A DNA stretch of 63,150 nt, the filler included, from Chiloscyllium plagiosum (taxonomy: Eukaryota): NCBI RefSeq assembly GCF_004010195.1. It is 6 parts of one record of this genome, joined end to end, with 100 filler letters (N's around TTAATTAATTAA, not from the genome) between each part and the next. Parts side by side here need not be neighbours in the genome. Positions count along the whole stretch, not along the records: positions 1 to 11,124 come from NC_057717.1; positions 11,225 to 20,756 come from NC_057717.1; 4 more parts are not named here. One strand, given 5' to 3'. Each line of letters starts with the position of its first letter. Position 1 is the stretch's first letter. Below, one piece after another: positions 1 to 13,133 of this stretch. Under the pieces are notes generated by a model. It was not told the origin of the DNA. It was given only the letters and a program-made list of their open reading frames with translations, and searched no databases. The position numbers and the translations under genes are program-made.

Positions 1-340
1 CAGGCGAATCCTAGGTGGCAGATGTTTTTAAAAGATATCCACAAGGCATCGCTGGCGAAGTGCGGTAATCCAACAGACACTAGCCCAAGACCTTGGAAAG
101 TGGAGAAGGAGTATCCGCGAAAGTCGCTGGCACTGTTCAAATGACTGTTGGGACAAAAGGGAAGCCAGGAAAGCACACTACAAGGAGTGCGCTGACACAC
201 CAAAGCCAAATCCAAACCTTCCTCACGGACAACTTTTTTAACCCAACTATTAGAGAGTCTGTAGAAGCCACATAAATCGGTCCATCCAACAATGGACTCA
301 CCCTACGAGTGTCAGATTGTCATCCTGATCTGTGAGCAAC
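1..340 (+). mobile_element. Degenerate 3' end of an RTE-clade LINE
   Basis: Broken translation FKDIHKASLAKCGNPTD..AQDLGKWRRSIRE..RVCRSHI resembles the RTE ORF C-terminus (KRFKDTLKASLKKC..LAQDR..WR..CxSxIGLxSH); recognised from family knowledge. Confidence 0.6.
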
Positions 341-740
341 CAGCAGAGAAATTATGAGATCGGAAGATTTAATTCTTTCTCAATTATTACAGTGTAAATT
401 TAAGAATTCGAATAATTCCCTCTCTATTTCAGTGTCAACATATGTGGTCTTATTACAGAGCTATGAAATGTCCACCCATTGCAATATTCTTACACGCATT
501 GCACGGAACATGCATTTGCACGGAGTCATAATCTGATGTCAAACATTTTCTTGGCAATACCATTATTATCCCTCAGTATGGAATTTCCTCTTCTTACTGC
601 CCATTCTGCCTGACGTTCGACGCCAACATTTTGTTTACTCTCTGACCACATCTCCCTAATGGCAATTCGATGCAACTCATTTGCCTATCTGTGTCAAAAA
701 TGCATATAGTTTATCCTGATACACTTTTGCATTCAAATTG

Positions 741-812
741 ATAAACTGCTATTTACTTTTCGTAAAAATGTCATGTATAAACTGCTATTTACTTTTCGTA
801 AAAATGTCATGT
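741..812. repeat. Perfect 36-bp tandem duplication
   Basis: ataaactgctatttacttttcgtaaaaatgtcatgt at 741-776 and 777-812. Confidence 0.95.
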
Positions 813-1204
813 CACAAAGTTATTTGCTGACATGCTTATTCAATTAAAATCTGCCCTGTCGTGTTCTGTTCTGATTGTGTAAAGCCTATGGTTGGAAAAC
901 TTCAAAGTTTCTCTTTAAGTTTCGAAATTGACGATCACCTGAGCCCTGTCCCTCCTCACCTATGTCAGTTTAAAGCACTCTGTATATTCCTGGTCACAAG
1001 ACTGACCAATACAGCGGAACGAGCCCATCGAATATGTTTCACCCTGCAATGTGATCACGGCTGATCCAAAAATCCTATATAATTCTTTCCAAAGATTCGC
1101 TATCCTCTCAGTGAAGTAACTCCTCCTCACCTCCTTCGAGAATGAGTGAGCCCTTGCGGGGATTTTAAGTCCTCTGATTACAGATTCTCGCACAAGAGAA
1201 ACCA

Positions 1205-2375
1205 AAGGAAGTTGCGAAGATCATGATTGAGGGCAAGTCGATGGATGATATCCAAATGGACTTTATTGAGGCATTTGACAAGGTTACTTGTGATAGGTTG
1301 GCTCACAAGATGAAATCATAATACATAGAATCCATTGGTCTGTTAGATACAAAATTGTTTGGCATATGGAGGGTTGTACTTCTAAATGGCCGTCTGTAAC
1401 TAATGGTGTTCAGCACGGACCAGTGTTTCGTCTTTGGTTTGTCATTTAGCTTTGTGATGTAGATGGTCTGATTCGAAATTTTTCAGACAAAATATTAATT
1501 CGTTGAATCCTGGCTAGTAAGCAAGAATACCAAAGCGTGTAGCAAGATATAGAGCAAATAGAAAGTTGGACAGAGAGGTAGAAAATCGAATTAAATCTGG
1601 ACAAATGTGAGGTGATAAGCTTTAAGAGTTTCTATATAAGTGGAACGTATAATGTCGATGGCAGGACCCTTAGGTGCATTAACCTTCAGAGGGAATCTTG
1701 GTTGCAAATTCACAGCTCCATGAAAATATTTGGAAACAGTGAGAAATATGGAATATGGCATGCTTGCTTTCATCTTTGGCAGCACTGAGTGCAGAAAATA
1801 TAAAGTCCTGTTACAGCTGTATAAAAGTTCCTTTCAACCACATTTGGAATATGGAGTGCAGTTGTCATTGCGAATCTATTTAATGGATGTGGAGGATTTG
1901 TTTACGGTGCAAGAGAGGTTTACCCAGCTTTTGCCTGTATCACAGTGCACAAGGAAAAGGAGAGTTTAGACAGATTTAGATTGTTTCTGCAAGGGTGTTG
2001 AAGACTGAGGGGCGACGTAGCGCAGTTGCATCAAATTAGAAAAAAAAATGACGGCATTGTGGAAAGGTGCAAAACATTTTCCAATGTAGAACTAATAAAT
2101 ACTAGGGCATATTATTTTAAGGTGTGCGAGAGAAATTTTAATCGAGATGTGCGAGCTACTTTTTTAAATGTTGAGGGTGGTAAATGACGAGCCAGGTGGT
2201 AGAAGCAGATTACTCGCAACGTTTATAAGTGCAATATGGACAGATACATGACCAGGCGGAGATTAGAGCGACATGGACCATGGGCACTTAAATAGAATGA
2301 GTTTAGAATAGCATCATGGTCAGCACCGTCCTGATGGGTCATTGAACCTACTGCTAACCTGCAATGTTTTCTCTT
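1205..2375 (+). mobile_element. Degenerate CR1 LINE, RT and 3' end
   Basis: Remnants MDF..AFDKV, VLLQLYKS..PHLEYGVQL, VQERFT, then a CR1-type 3' UTR. Confidence 0.85.
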
Positions 2376-2999
2376 CTAACTCCCTACCATTTAACCAGGG
2401 AAAAACCCTCAGAATCTTAAATGTTTCAATAAATTTATTTCTCATTCTTATGAACTCCAAAGACTTCAAGCTCAATCTCCTCAAACTCATTTTGTTGTAA
2501 CATTATTCCCTTCCCAATACAAGCCTAGTGAACATTTTCTAACATGTGTCCAATAAAGGAAAATCTTTTCTGAGCGAACTCGGACTGTTTTTAAAATTCT
2601 GTGAGTTCCGACTGTGGTACATTGCATACATCTACCAGGATTTCCCGAAATTTACACTCTATGCCCTATGTAATAAATGTCACCATTTGATTTGCCTTCA
2701 ATACTACCTGCTGAACCTGTAATCTATCTTTTACAGATTGTTACCCAAGTACTTCCAACACTTTTTTTGTAGACGGTCTGAAACCAAACGATGTTAATCT
2801 GTCAGTAAGTCAGAAATGTGCTGGAATTGATGATAAATACTGTGGCAAAAAAATAACAGGCGCCTCAGAAGCAATGGAACGCACATGATTTAGAAAAAGA
2901 ATTGTTTTGATGACACTGTTGATTTAGGTTTTTTGGTGTGACAGTAAATGGAAGAATATGTATGGATGGGGGAGTGGAGTGGCGGTCGGGGATATTGTT

Positions 3000-4460
3000 T
3001 AGTTAAATTTCTGGAAGCCTTATAAATGTTTCAAAAAGGGATATAACGTAAATAGTGAAAGAAGGGAGTCTCACGGAAATCAGCGGTGCCACCTATGCGA
3101 GGGAGAGCTGGAGATAAATGACATCTTCGGCAATTATTTTGTTGCAGTATTTATCGTGAAGAAAAAAGCGGAAGTTCGGGAATTTGAGGAAATGAACAAT
3201 GATGCTTTCATGAGAGTTTACGTTGGAGAACAGGAGATGATAAACGACTTAAAATATACCAAGGTAGTTACATTCTCGGAGGCTAGGAAAGAAATTGCGG
3301 GGCCTTAGCTGAAATACTTGCATCATCAGCAGCTACAGTGTGTTTCTGACCGAATGAAGGGCGGCTAATGTTGTTCCATTACTTGTGAACTGCAATGACA
3401 CGCCAGACAAATACCGAACAGTGACATCATTGATGAGTAATTTGATGAAGGAGATTCTAAGAAACATGAGCTTCATGCATTTGGAAAGGGAAGGACGGAT
3501 TGGGGATTATCATCGTGGTTTTGTGCGTTGGAAACAATCTGTCTTAGATTTGATTGCGGTTTTGTGGAACTGGCCAAGAGCAAGATGAAGGCTGAGCAAA
3601 AATGTTGTGTACATGAAACTTAGCAATAGAAGGTTCCAATTACGTCAGATCACACGGGTTCAAGCAGATCTCGCTAATGGTATACAAAATTGACTTAATT
3701 GTAGGAGACAGACGTTTCTTGTTCCGACTGGAGAATTGTGACCAGCGTTGTACCATGAGGTTTATGACAGTACAGGAGGTATGGATAGTAAGTCTCTTGT
3801 TCAGAGTAAAATTAGCCATATAGTGAACAGTGAAATAGGTTATCTAACGGTACAATGCGATCTTGATCAGCTGGTGCTGTGGAGTGAGGAATACCCGATG
3901 GGAGAAATGCGATATGCTGCATTTTTATAAGGCACATCATGGCAGGACTTAAAGAGTTAATGATAGATCCCTGGCTGGTATTGTCAAACAAAGAGACCTT
4001 GGGGTGCAGGTACAAAGTTCAGTTACGTTGGCATTACAGGGAGACAGAGTCGAAACTGTGGCACTGGAGAAGCATTGCATCTCACGTAGCATCTGAAGAG
4101 CAGGATATTCGACGTTTTGGACATATGCTGTTCATCAGGAATATGTTGGGGACGCGGAGTGGAGAAGGGAGATGAGTGTTAAAGACGGGGTGGGGGGCTG
4201 GAGGGAAGGTATTTGGGAAGGCGCTAGGTAGATGCAGTTGCGGGTGATGGTGAGAGGTCGGTGGGTTTCTGACCGTAACGCCTGTTCTCCTACTCCTCAG
4301 ATGCTTCTCGACTGCAATGCTTTTCCAGCCCACACATTTCGACTGTAATCTCCAGCATTTAATATCTTCACTTGATTCTAATCTCAGCTAGACGGGATGT
4401 TGATGAAACCATTTGGCACGTTGCCTTCATTGGCAGAGCATTGAGAATAGGTGTTGAGAC
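3000..4460 (+). mobile_element. Degenerate CR1 LINE ORF2 fragments, interrupted by a foldback insert
   Basis: ANVVPL, MHLEREGRIGDYHRGFV and DLDQL..WSEE remnants of CR1 RT. Confidence 0.75.
4028..4357. mobile_element. Penelope-derived foldback element with degenerate hammerhead motif
   Basis: Arm gtcgaaactgtggcactggagaagcattgca..agcatctgaagagcagga is inverted at cctactcctcagatgct..tgcaatgcttttccagc..tttcgac; minus strand 4109-4139 reads CCTGATGAACAGCATATGTCCAAAACGTCGA. Confidence 0.7.
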
Positions 4461-4719
4461 GGCGTTTTGTGTTTGTGCAGGACATTGTCATTGTCATCAT
4501 AAATGCATTGGTGATTATCAGGAAAAACTCAATTGTATCACTTCTGTCCTTCAACAAAGGACATCTGAAATTATTATCTGGGCTGGCTGATACGTGACTC
4601 CCGATGCACAGCGACATGGCCGACTTTGAGTCGTCCACTGGACAATTAGTACTATAAAATGATTGGTGGGTCAGCCACTGACATCTACATCCAATGATTG
4701 AATAAATACAAAATACAAG

Positions 4720-5870
4720 TTTTCCTCGCTACCTGTGCAACAACGTCAGCTGCAGCAATTTATTACGGCTTTGTAACATGCTTAGGGCCTTGCCAAATTC
4801 CGTCAAATCTCTCCACCTCATGCACCATCAAATCTCTGTATTTCTATTGTCTCATTAAAATTGGGAAATGTTTCTTTTTCTTCCTACTGTTTTTCTCCTC
4901 CTTGGAGATATTTTGCAGACCACTTAACATCTGCATTCAGATTTTAGTAGCCCTTTGTCCAAAGCACTCCCTTTCTAAACAATTGTTGTACTTTTTTGGT
5001 TATATTCTAATCCTCTTAATCGAGGATCATTTCCTTCTTATGTGATGTTCAGATGCACATTTCCTTCTGCGGTCTTTTCTGTTTCAGGGAATGCTATTTT
5101 CTTTTAAACTGCTGCTTTAAATGTTTTCCACTCGGCTGTTCATTTACAGCCATGCATTTCAGTCTGTTGATCTTGTTTACCTAAGTAATTTCTCTTCTCA
5201 AACCCATGTAATCGGCTTTGTTTTTGTTTCCAATTGTAGCTTGTTCGTTCGGGGCCAACTTTGGAACGCCATTTTTTTAAAGAATTTTACTTTATCTCAA
5301 TTTCCTGGAGGATTCCTCGGGAGAAAAGGCGTTACATGCACGAACCTTCATCACACAACACTCAATCTGATATAGTTACGCCCCTACCAAATTGCACAAC
5401 TTATTATTCAAAGAAACACTGATGGAAGGATTCTCCAAACTCCTGTTCGAATATCACTCTTGGCAATGTAATTGAAACAGATTGCATGAAGGTTGAAGTC
5501 TTTCATAACTATCACAGTGACTTTGTTACAAATTCCAATGATTTTCTGTTTAATTCCGTGATGAACATGGAAATGCTGTTAAAGTCACCTAAAAACCGTT
5601 CTCCAACTTGACCATTTGACACGTCTTAGCTATACTTTGACTTCATGCTAATTCAAATTCATAATCAGACGCAACATTCTTTCTCAGTAATGCCTTTATC
5701 AGCGACTGATGTCAGGGTCAGCTATCCTGCCTTTAGATTTTGCCAGAGTTTCCACAAGGTTGTATATTCATGTTCCAAATTTTCTTCAGTCTGTAATTGC
5801 TATCCCTGGCGTCGAAATTTGTTTATTTTGTGTCACAAGTAAATCTACCTGTTAGCAGACACTTTGCCTA
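4720..5870 (-). mobile_element. Old CR1 LINE endonuclease/linker fragments
   Basis: Minus-strand remnants resembling CR1 APE region (GDFN-like); very degraded. Confidence 0.5.
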
Positions 5871-6189
5871 TCCCAAACCCAAACCTTATAATACACTTTT
5901 TATCACAATTTCCTTTCACAAACCTCTTCTCTGATGCACAGTTTTAGTTAACCTCTGACGGTTCCTGCTCATTTCAGATTGTCTTCAGCCACATTAACAT
6001 GCTATTCCGATGCTTCAACGTTTCTCTTTGGATTGGGAAAGCTTCTTTCACCTCAACCTCTCCCGGATTCTTCCTGACATTATGAAACCCGATCCATAAA
6101 CCTAACGAAATCATTGCTCAGGAAACTGCTCAGGACACATTTCGAGTGGATCCCAGCACAATCAGTTTTCTTTTCAGCAAGTATAAGAT

Positions 6190-6565
6190 GTTGGTGTCTC
6201 TGGTTGGCCAAGCATGAATTGCTCATCTCTGGCTGCCCTTCAACTGAATAGCTTGCTCGGTTATTTCAGAGGGCAATTAAGAGTCAACCAGTTTACTCTT
6301 GTTTCAGAGTCACGCTGTCATCTCGACCCAGTGAGGTTTGCAGCTTTCCTTCTCTGAAGGACATGAGTGACTCAGATGGCGTTTTATTAACATGAGCAAT
6401 TGTTTCACGGTAAATTATTTTTTTTTAATTCAACGTTTTTTAAAAAGAAGCTTGAATTAAAATTCCACCATTTGCGATTATAGGATTTGAATGGTTCCAC
6501 AGGAAATTAGCTGAGTATCTGCATAAGTTTTCTAGCGAGAGCAATACTTGGCTATCACTTCCTCC
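6190..6565 (-). mobile_element. tRNA-headed SINE-like repeat (non-HE1 family)
   Basis: Reverse complement shares blocks with + copies at 21985-22290, 38965-39250 and 55283-55755 (ggtggaatttgaattcaa..ccatctg..cagagaaggaaa..gttgactcttaattgccctctg). Confidence 0.6.
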
Positions 6566-6661
6566 CCACCCAGATTACTGATCCCTGAGTACCGATATCA
6601 GTTTATCAATAATCCAAACCATTTCTAACCACACAATCGTTTTATCCTGAAAACTTCTTAC

Positions 6662-7420
6662 ACTCTGGTGATATTGCTCGCTTTGTCAGTGCAATTGGTG
6701 CCTCTGTCAGCGTGACTCTCGATCTTGTAGATACTCCAGATCCTGATGCTGGCGAATTCTCTACTGTGCAGAGATAACACACATTGGCCAAGGATGGAGA
6801 CTGAGATTTTCTCAGTCTACTTGGGACTCAGCACCATTCTACTTGCGTAATCCTCACTGCATCAGTGTAATTTCTGCGACTGGATATTTTTCTAACTCCT
6901 ACAATACTCGGTCTTCTTGACACAGCAGAATTACAACTTCTGTATCATCGATTATTTCATGAGAACAGTTGGTAAAACAATAGATAGTGAGTGAGGCTTC
7001 AGGAAATCCTGCAGCACGGATGATCACCCACAGTAATCAGAGCAGGGAGCAGTTACAGGATCAAGAAAATATCTGTCCAAATGACATGACTTAGAAGTAG
7101 TGCTACTTGAACAGTACAGTACAGAAAGTTCCCAGAATCTAGCAACGCCCTCTCACGGGAGGGTCTCTGAGGTTCTGTTGAATTAAGCCTTCCAAGGACA
7201 GCAGAGCCTATATTTGTAATTGTTAACTGCCTCTGCTTCTGATCGAGGCTGATGATTGCCCTGGATCGCCTTCTTTCCTTTTGGTGTGAGCATGTTTCAT
7301 ATGAAACGTTATATCTGATAGAGGGTCTTTCGTAATTACTTGGAGAACAGAATATCAACTCTCCACCCATTTCTGCCTCGATGGCAATTGCTCTCTCCAG
7401 TTTTGATGATGCCCACTTTT
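6662..7420 (-). pseudogene. Decayed Ig-superfamily exons, probably two V-set domains
   Basis: Across frameshifts: IEAEMGGELIFC..RSRAIISLDQKQRQLTITNI (domain 1); GFPEASLTIYCF..DYASRMVLSPK*TEKISVSI..CYLCTVENSPASGSGVSTRSRVTL (domain 2, YxC plus G-strand-like motif), ending at a phase-1 GTAAGA donor at 6661. Confidence 0.45.
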
Positions 7421-7694
7421 TTTATAGTTCCAACTTCGGATTGTTTCACTAGTTCGATGTTGTGAAAACAATAATCACAAACTCCTGCAGTATGACTTAA
7501 ACTGATTGGTTAAATTCAAATTGATGGTAAAGTTCAACGCAATTTCAGGTATCCCTTTTACATCCAAATGTTGTATATTTTCAATTATCCGGGATATTCT
7601 GTGGCTGTGAGCTAGTCATTCACACAGGTGCGTGAAAGCTCTCAACTCAGAACCGCATTCTCTTAAAGGTAGTGTACCGGCCTCCAACTTCATA

Positions 7695-8520
7695 ATAGTA
7701 TGGAGGCTTTGAAGAGGATGCAGAAGATCTTTAACAGTATGTTGCCTGTATTAGACGGTATGAACTATACGGAGAAACTAGAAAAGCTCAAGTTATTTTC
7801 TCTTAAACGGCGAAGGTTGGAAGCAGATTTTGAAATTATCAGAAACATTGATGGGGGGACGGTCAGAATATTTTGCAAAAAGTCGAAATATGTAATAATG
7901 TGGCAACATCAATGTATCGGTTTCACGGTGGCGCAGTGGTTAGCACTGCTGCCTCACAGCGCCTGAGATCCCGGTTCAATTTCCGCCTCAGGCGACTGAC
8001 TGTGTGGAGTTTGCACATTCTCCCCGTGTCTGCGTGGGTTTCCTCCGGGTGCTCCGGTTTCCTCCCACAATCCAAAGATGTACAGATCATGTGAATTGAC
8101 CATTTTAAATTGCCTGTAGTGTTAGGTAATGGGTAAATGTAGGGGTATGGGTGGGTTGCACTTCGGTGGGTCGGTGTGGACTTGTTGGGCCGAAGGTCCT
8201 ATTTCGACACTGTAATGTAATCTAATCTAATCTAAAACATGTATTTCAGTTGAGAGAGGGTAATTGCAAAGGAGATGCAAGGGGCAAGGTATTCCACAGA
8301 GAACGGCAGAGTATGGAATGCGCTGCCAGGGCGGGATGTTGTGTGCAGATGCGATCGGGAATTTAAGGGACTTTCTATAAGCACATGGATAGGAAACGAA
8401 AGAACTGATTTGGAGCAAAATCAGACACGTGAGATTCGTTTCATTTCTCATCATGTTCAGCACAACATTGTGGGCTGAATATTCCATTCCCGTGCTGCAC
8501 ATATCTGTGTTCTATGTTCA
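7695..8520 (+). mobile_element. CR1 LINE 3' end, split by an HE1 SINE
   Basis: ALKRMQKIFNSMLP..YTEKLEKLKLFSLKRRRL before the SINE; VWNALP and the 3' UTR ending ttctatgttc after it. Confidence 0.85.
7924..8235 (+). mobile_element. HE1-type V-SINE
   Basis: tRNA-like head with A box TGGCGCAGTGG and B box GGTTCAATT, V-domain tgtgtggagtttgcacattctccccgtgtctgcgtgggtttcctccgggtgctccggtttcctcccaca, (AATCT)n tail. Confidence 0.95.
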
Positions 8521-9902
8521 AAAAAGGCTCCTATCTGCGCATAGATTGTACTGAGTTCCTTGGAAGATCTTTGACAAATGATTGACTATTATTCACTTTT
8601 GAACTTTTCAAGTGGTAGGCTGATGAACACTTGAAACACCATATATTGAATGGCATGGCTGAAGTTATTGAAAGCGGGATTGATATAGATATGTTAGTGC
8701 AGAAGTGAGAGGCTGGATTGTCTGCCAAGTGACATGCGACCCATGAGCAAGTAACTTGTGGTTAAGTAATCCAATTTCGTTTGGCTGGTTTGCTGTTGTA
8801 CAATTGTCAAGTTTTCTATTGCATTGCTGCCTACATTGCTCTATTGGATGTGAATAAGAAAAGTCTAACACAACATAAAAAACTTTGTTTTTCAGATTCG
8901 TGTTTGTTTGAAATTACATTTCATGTGAAGAGACCGTAGATCATAACAGTAGTGGTATCAGCACTGATCATTAACATTCTTTCTGTACAGTTGCCAACGT
9001 ATCCCAGAAAATCTGTAAAGTTGCAATTATTCACAAGGAGGACTGAGGTAATACGTCCCGTACTAATCCTCTGAACCAAGGCCGAATATTCTAATCTATT
9101 CTATTAAGTTCCACCTGCCACAGAGTCAACCAGGCAGTCCATGTGACCCAATGGCATAGGATTCAGAGTTCAAAATTATCGCGGTTCTGTTTCAAATGAA
9201 TTTGCTGATGAATACAGAACTGGAGTATCATGTACAGGTCTGGATGTTACATTCAATAAATCATGTATTAACATTAAATAGGCTTAGAAGTGCATTGACT
9301 GGGCAAATTCACGTATTGAACGCGTTGATTTTCAACAACGTCAAAACAATTCATGAGTTATTTCTTAAAGTTTAGAGACATGGGAGTTAATTTAATGAAA
9401 GTTACAAGATAATGAACAGTCAGCATAAGAGAAATATTGAGAAGCGGTTTTGATAAGTGGGGACTTGTGAAAAAAAAAACATAATTACACAGGAAGGGAA
9501 AATTCAGGTAAAAAGTAATATACACAAGAATCTGTACTCACAGAAATTGTCAATGTTTGGCGTACTCTGCCTCAGAAAATTTAATTTTGCTGTATTCAGT
9601 TCACTGGCTTCAGTTTCATCCTAAATGTATTACTACGAAACAGTGGACACGGATTTTTCAATATATTGGAGCTGCTGACTCTGATGAGCTTCCATCAGGG
9701 TAGATTAAAGACTTGAGACAAATCAAAAAGAGTGCAAAAAAGAGGCATAAAGATTTTCGAGTGTTTTCTGTCATTTAATATGTTTACAGCTCTTGCTCAG
9801 ACTACTGCTAACTCCCCGAGATACTAGATATCTTTAAAATCTGAAAATGCATCTCTGCTTTTCCTGAATATTGTCAGTTGATTATTCGTTGTTTCGTTAC
9901 AG

Positions 9903-10812
9903 TTAACTTAGTGGCAATTTTTGTACTCTGTCGCAAAAACATGTGGTCTTTCAAGATGCATCATCCATTATCTGGAGCAATGTCAACAGCGGATCTTTTG
10001 ATTATTGTCTTTGATTTGATACTGAGACATATTCCAATTGTTTATTGGGAACAGTTTGAATTCTTATACAATGTTCCTACATGCAATATTCTTGCTCTCA
10101 TTCTTTATGCAGTCACTGACTACTCTGTTTATTGCACTGTAAATATTGCACTGAGAAAACGGCATCTATGGTTTTGGCAATAGTGACTGTCCTCAGTTGT
10201 TTAAAGAATATTTTCTGGTATTTTATGGTTTCAAATCGGTATTGGATCCCTGGTTTTGTGATGATATATTGGCTGTTGTGCAGTCGCTGGCATGGACCAC
10301 AATCGAGATTCTCCATCACCGCTGGCATGGACCACAATCGAGATTCTCCATCACATTTTTACTCCATGTCTCCCATTTCTAGTTATTCTGTTGTTAAATA
10401 TTTTCACCATCAGACACAACTTATTGACCAGTAGAGTCCGCCGGAGATTCCGCGGACACCACAATGGGGAGACACCAAATGATCCTGAGATGCAGAGTCG
10501 AAAGTAATCAATAATTTTGCTTTTTCTTATATCAGTCAATTTCATCGCGTTATGGTCAGTGCTGTGTTTTATTCTATCTGGAACCGAATGTGGAACTTGG
10601 CTTATCAGTTGGTATGGATTGATGACTTTGTCCAGGAAATGGGATTCAGCCTACAGTTACTGAGTTACTGCACAAATTGTGTAATATATGCCATCACACA
10701 GAGGACGTACAGAGAGCATTTGAAAATAATGCAAAAATATCCCTTCAGTCCAATCAGTATATTATTCATTTTAATTATTCACAGTCTGTCATACAATATT
10801 CCAGCATGTTAA
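9903..10812 (+). pseudogene. GPR139-like class A GPCR pseudogene, main coding exon
   Basis: Acceptor gtttcgttacAG at 9902, then (V)NLVAIFVL..CGLSRCIIHYL..AMSTADLL..PTCNI..KYCTEKTA..HHIFTPCLPFLVILLLN..QLLSYCTNCVIYAITQ. Disabled by frameshifts near 9935-9975, deletion of the TM3 DRF/DRY segment near 10135, a 35-bp duplication and TAA at 10505-10507. Confidence 0.9.
10285..10354. repeat. 35-bp tandem duplication inside the GPCR pseudogene
   Basis: cgctggcatggaccacaatcgagattctccatcac at 10285-10319 and 10320-10354. Confidence 0.95.
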
Positions 10813-13133
10813 AATATAGCTGGGAGAACAAAAGGCTTCAATGACAGGACATAGACAGGGTACGACGCGTGGATAGAGACATAAAATCCAGCCAAATAAA
10901 GAGAAGTGGGGAACAGAAATACATTTATGTAATCAGATGGAAATACATGTTGATAGGTTGACATAGCGAGAAGTAAAATTAGATAGTACAGGCAGAAACG
11001 AAAGTGAGACAAATTGAGACAGACTAAGAAAGAAAACACATAAATAGAGACAAATAACAAAGGTAATTGCAACACAGGAACAGACCCTTCGCCCTTTAAG
11101 CCTGCACTGATCCATGATCCTCCANNNNNNNNNNNNNNNNNNNNNNNNNNNNNNNNNNNNNNNNNNNNTTAATTAATTAANNNNNNNNNNNNNNNNNNNN
11201 NNNNNNNNNNNNNNNNNNNNNNNNGCATTAACTCCAACTTGGTGATGTAACTGACTTGTCCAACTTTCTCGATACAGTCCTTCAATGTCAGTATTGGATA
11301 TTAGTCTCATTTTGTAACAGTGTTGATCTTCCAATAATCCAGCCAAAATCATTTAGTCCCATCCGGTTTAGAAACTAAGACGATCAGCGAGCTCCACTCA
11401 CTCTGGCTTGGTTCGATGATGACCCCATTGAGCATGCCCCCCACCTCCTTCTGGACCGGTCTGGCTTTAAGAGGATTAAGACGATATGGATTGTTGTTTT
11501 ATCGGAACAGTATTCCCAAGTCTACTTCATGTACAATAGCATTAGTCCTCCCCATATTATTCTTACATATGTCCTCATATTGCAATAACAAACCTTTCAA
11601 CTGCGTTCAATGCTCCTGAGACAGATAGTTTACTAACTTATCCCACTGCTCAAGGACTTGTACTTTTTAAACATATTTTGGGGCATATCAACATTCGCAA
11701 CATTTGGATTTGATTCCTCACTCTGTGGGGCAGTAACTAACACCCGTTTTTTCAATTCTTTTTATCCTCCACTGTTCAGGAGCAGACGTACACATTCAGT
11801 TCCCACCCAAAAGGAGGGATCTTCGAATGTGGGAATTGGCACAGAGGTGCTAGTTTCATTACTGCCCGTGGCCTACCTACTATTTGGCATGTATGACACG
11901 TATGCCTAAAGTTAACCACATCTGTGTACATTCCAGGTCAATAAAAATATTTTTGTCCCTTTGGCTGAGTCTTTCGTACCACTCGGTGACCTCCCACAGG
12001 TAGTTCACGTGCTACCCGTAACAATTCCTGTCTCTATGCCACCCGCAACATAATCTGGTGCACTTCAGCACATAACTCCTCTGCACTAACCTGCCGTATT
12101 CTCCACTTCCGTCTTAGGATGCTATATTTCTGGTAATAACCCTCAGGAACATCTCTGCCTCACTCTCAGATTATGCATCCACATATATATCTTTTATCAT
12201 CTTGCCTGTCTGTTGCAGATCCCTTAGCCTTTCAGGACTAAACATCTTTGTCTGACTCTCTCTTTGTTCATGTTTTCCCTGCACCATTACGTCAAACAGG
12301 ATGTCATCGTTCACTTTAGTTTGTGCTTCCTGCTGTGACTTATGATAGTGGGATCTGGTTAGTGTACAGTCTGGGAAAATACCAGTATATTTCTGTTTTA
12401 ACTCCTCAGTTTCTTGGTCTTCCTTGGGCTTCTCCACAAGTAGGGGTGTCGTTCCCAACTTGGACCCTGCTAAACCATTCTCAAGAACACACTGGATTCC
12501 TGGATCTGACACTCAGTCAGTCACTCCCACGGTTAATTCCCCAGACTTGATTAGGCACTACAACCTGATCTTATGTATAGGAAAGCTAAATTTCTGTCCA
12601 CCTATCCCACAAATTACGACACTCTCGTGTAACAGATCAGAAAGACTGCAAATTTGCTCATCTCTTAATATTAGAAACTGATTAGATCCTCTATCTCTCA
12701 AAATGACAACTTCCCCTTCTCGCCCTGTTGTTTCTGAGTAAACTTTACTCACAGAGGCGAATTCTTTGTAGAGATCAGATACTAACTCCACACCCAGCCC
12801 CTGCCGAGGCTGTGCACTTTCCTGCAGCTCTTCGGTTCTTGTTGGGGTTTCCTTTAATACTTTCACTAATGCCACTGGTTTAGCTTCTTTTACCACATAT
12901 TCTCCCATAATGCCTATCATAATGACCAGCACTGTGAACTTATATTTCCCACCTTATGGCAGTGAAAATATCTTTTAACAGTGCCCTTTTGAAACCACCA
13001 TCACTGAAATTTTCTGTGCCCCAATCTACGACAATAAAAATACCTGAGGCCTTTCTCCTCCTTTCCATTCTCTTGGGCATCTTCTTTAACCTGTGGTAAC
13101 CTCTTATTCTCTACTCTTTCTTTTATACTGTAG

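Noticed and set aside
354..720. Possible exon (minus-strand AG near 689 and GTAAGA near 494) or GPCR first exon
   Set aside because: No frame gives a recognisable or stop-free product; splice-like motifs alone are insufficient.
7924..8000. tRNA gene (also 28716 and 14300-14377)
   Set aside because: The A and B boxes belong to SINE heads that continue into the V-domain and tail.
8991..9047. Small exon-like segment upstream of the GPCR pseudogene (ttctgtacAG..gagGTAATA)
   Set aside because: Does not encode the expected hydrophobic start of TM1; cannot be supported without transcripts.
11169..11180. TTAATTAATTAA inside N runs (also near 20801, 31764, 43294 and 56782)
   Set aside because: Identical 12-mer centred in 100-bp gaps; an assembly spacer with stops in all frames, not biological.
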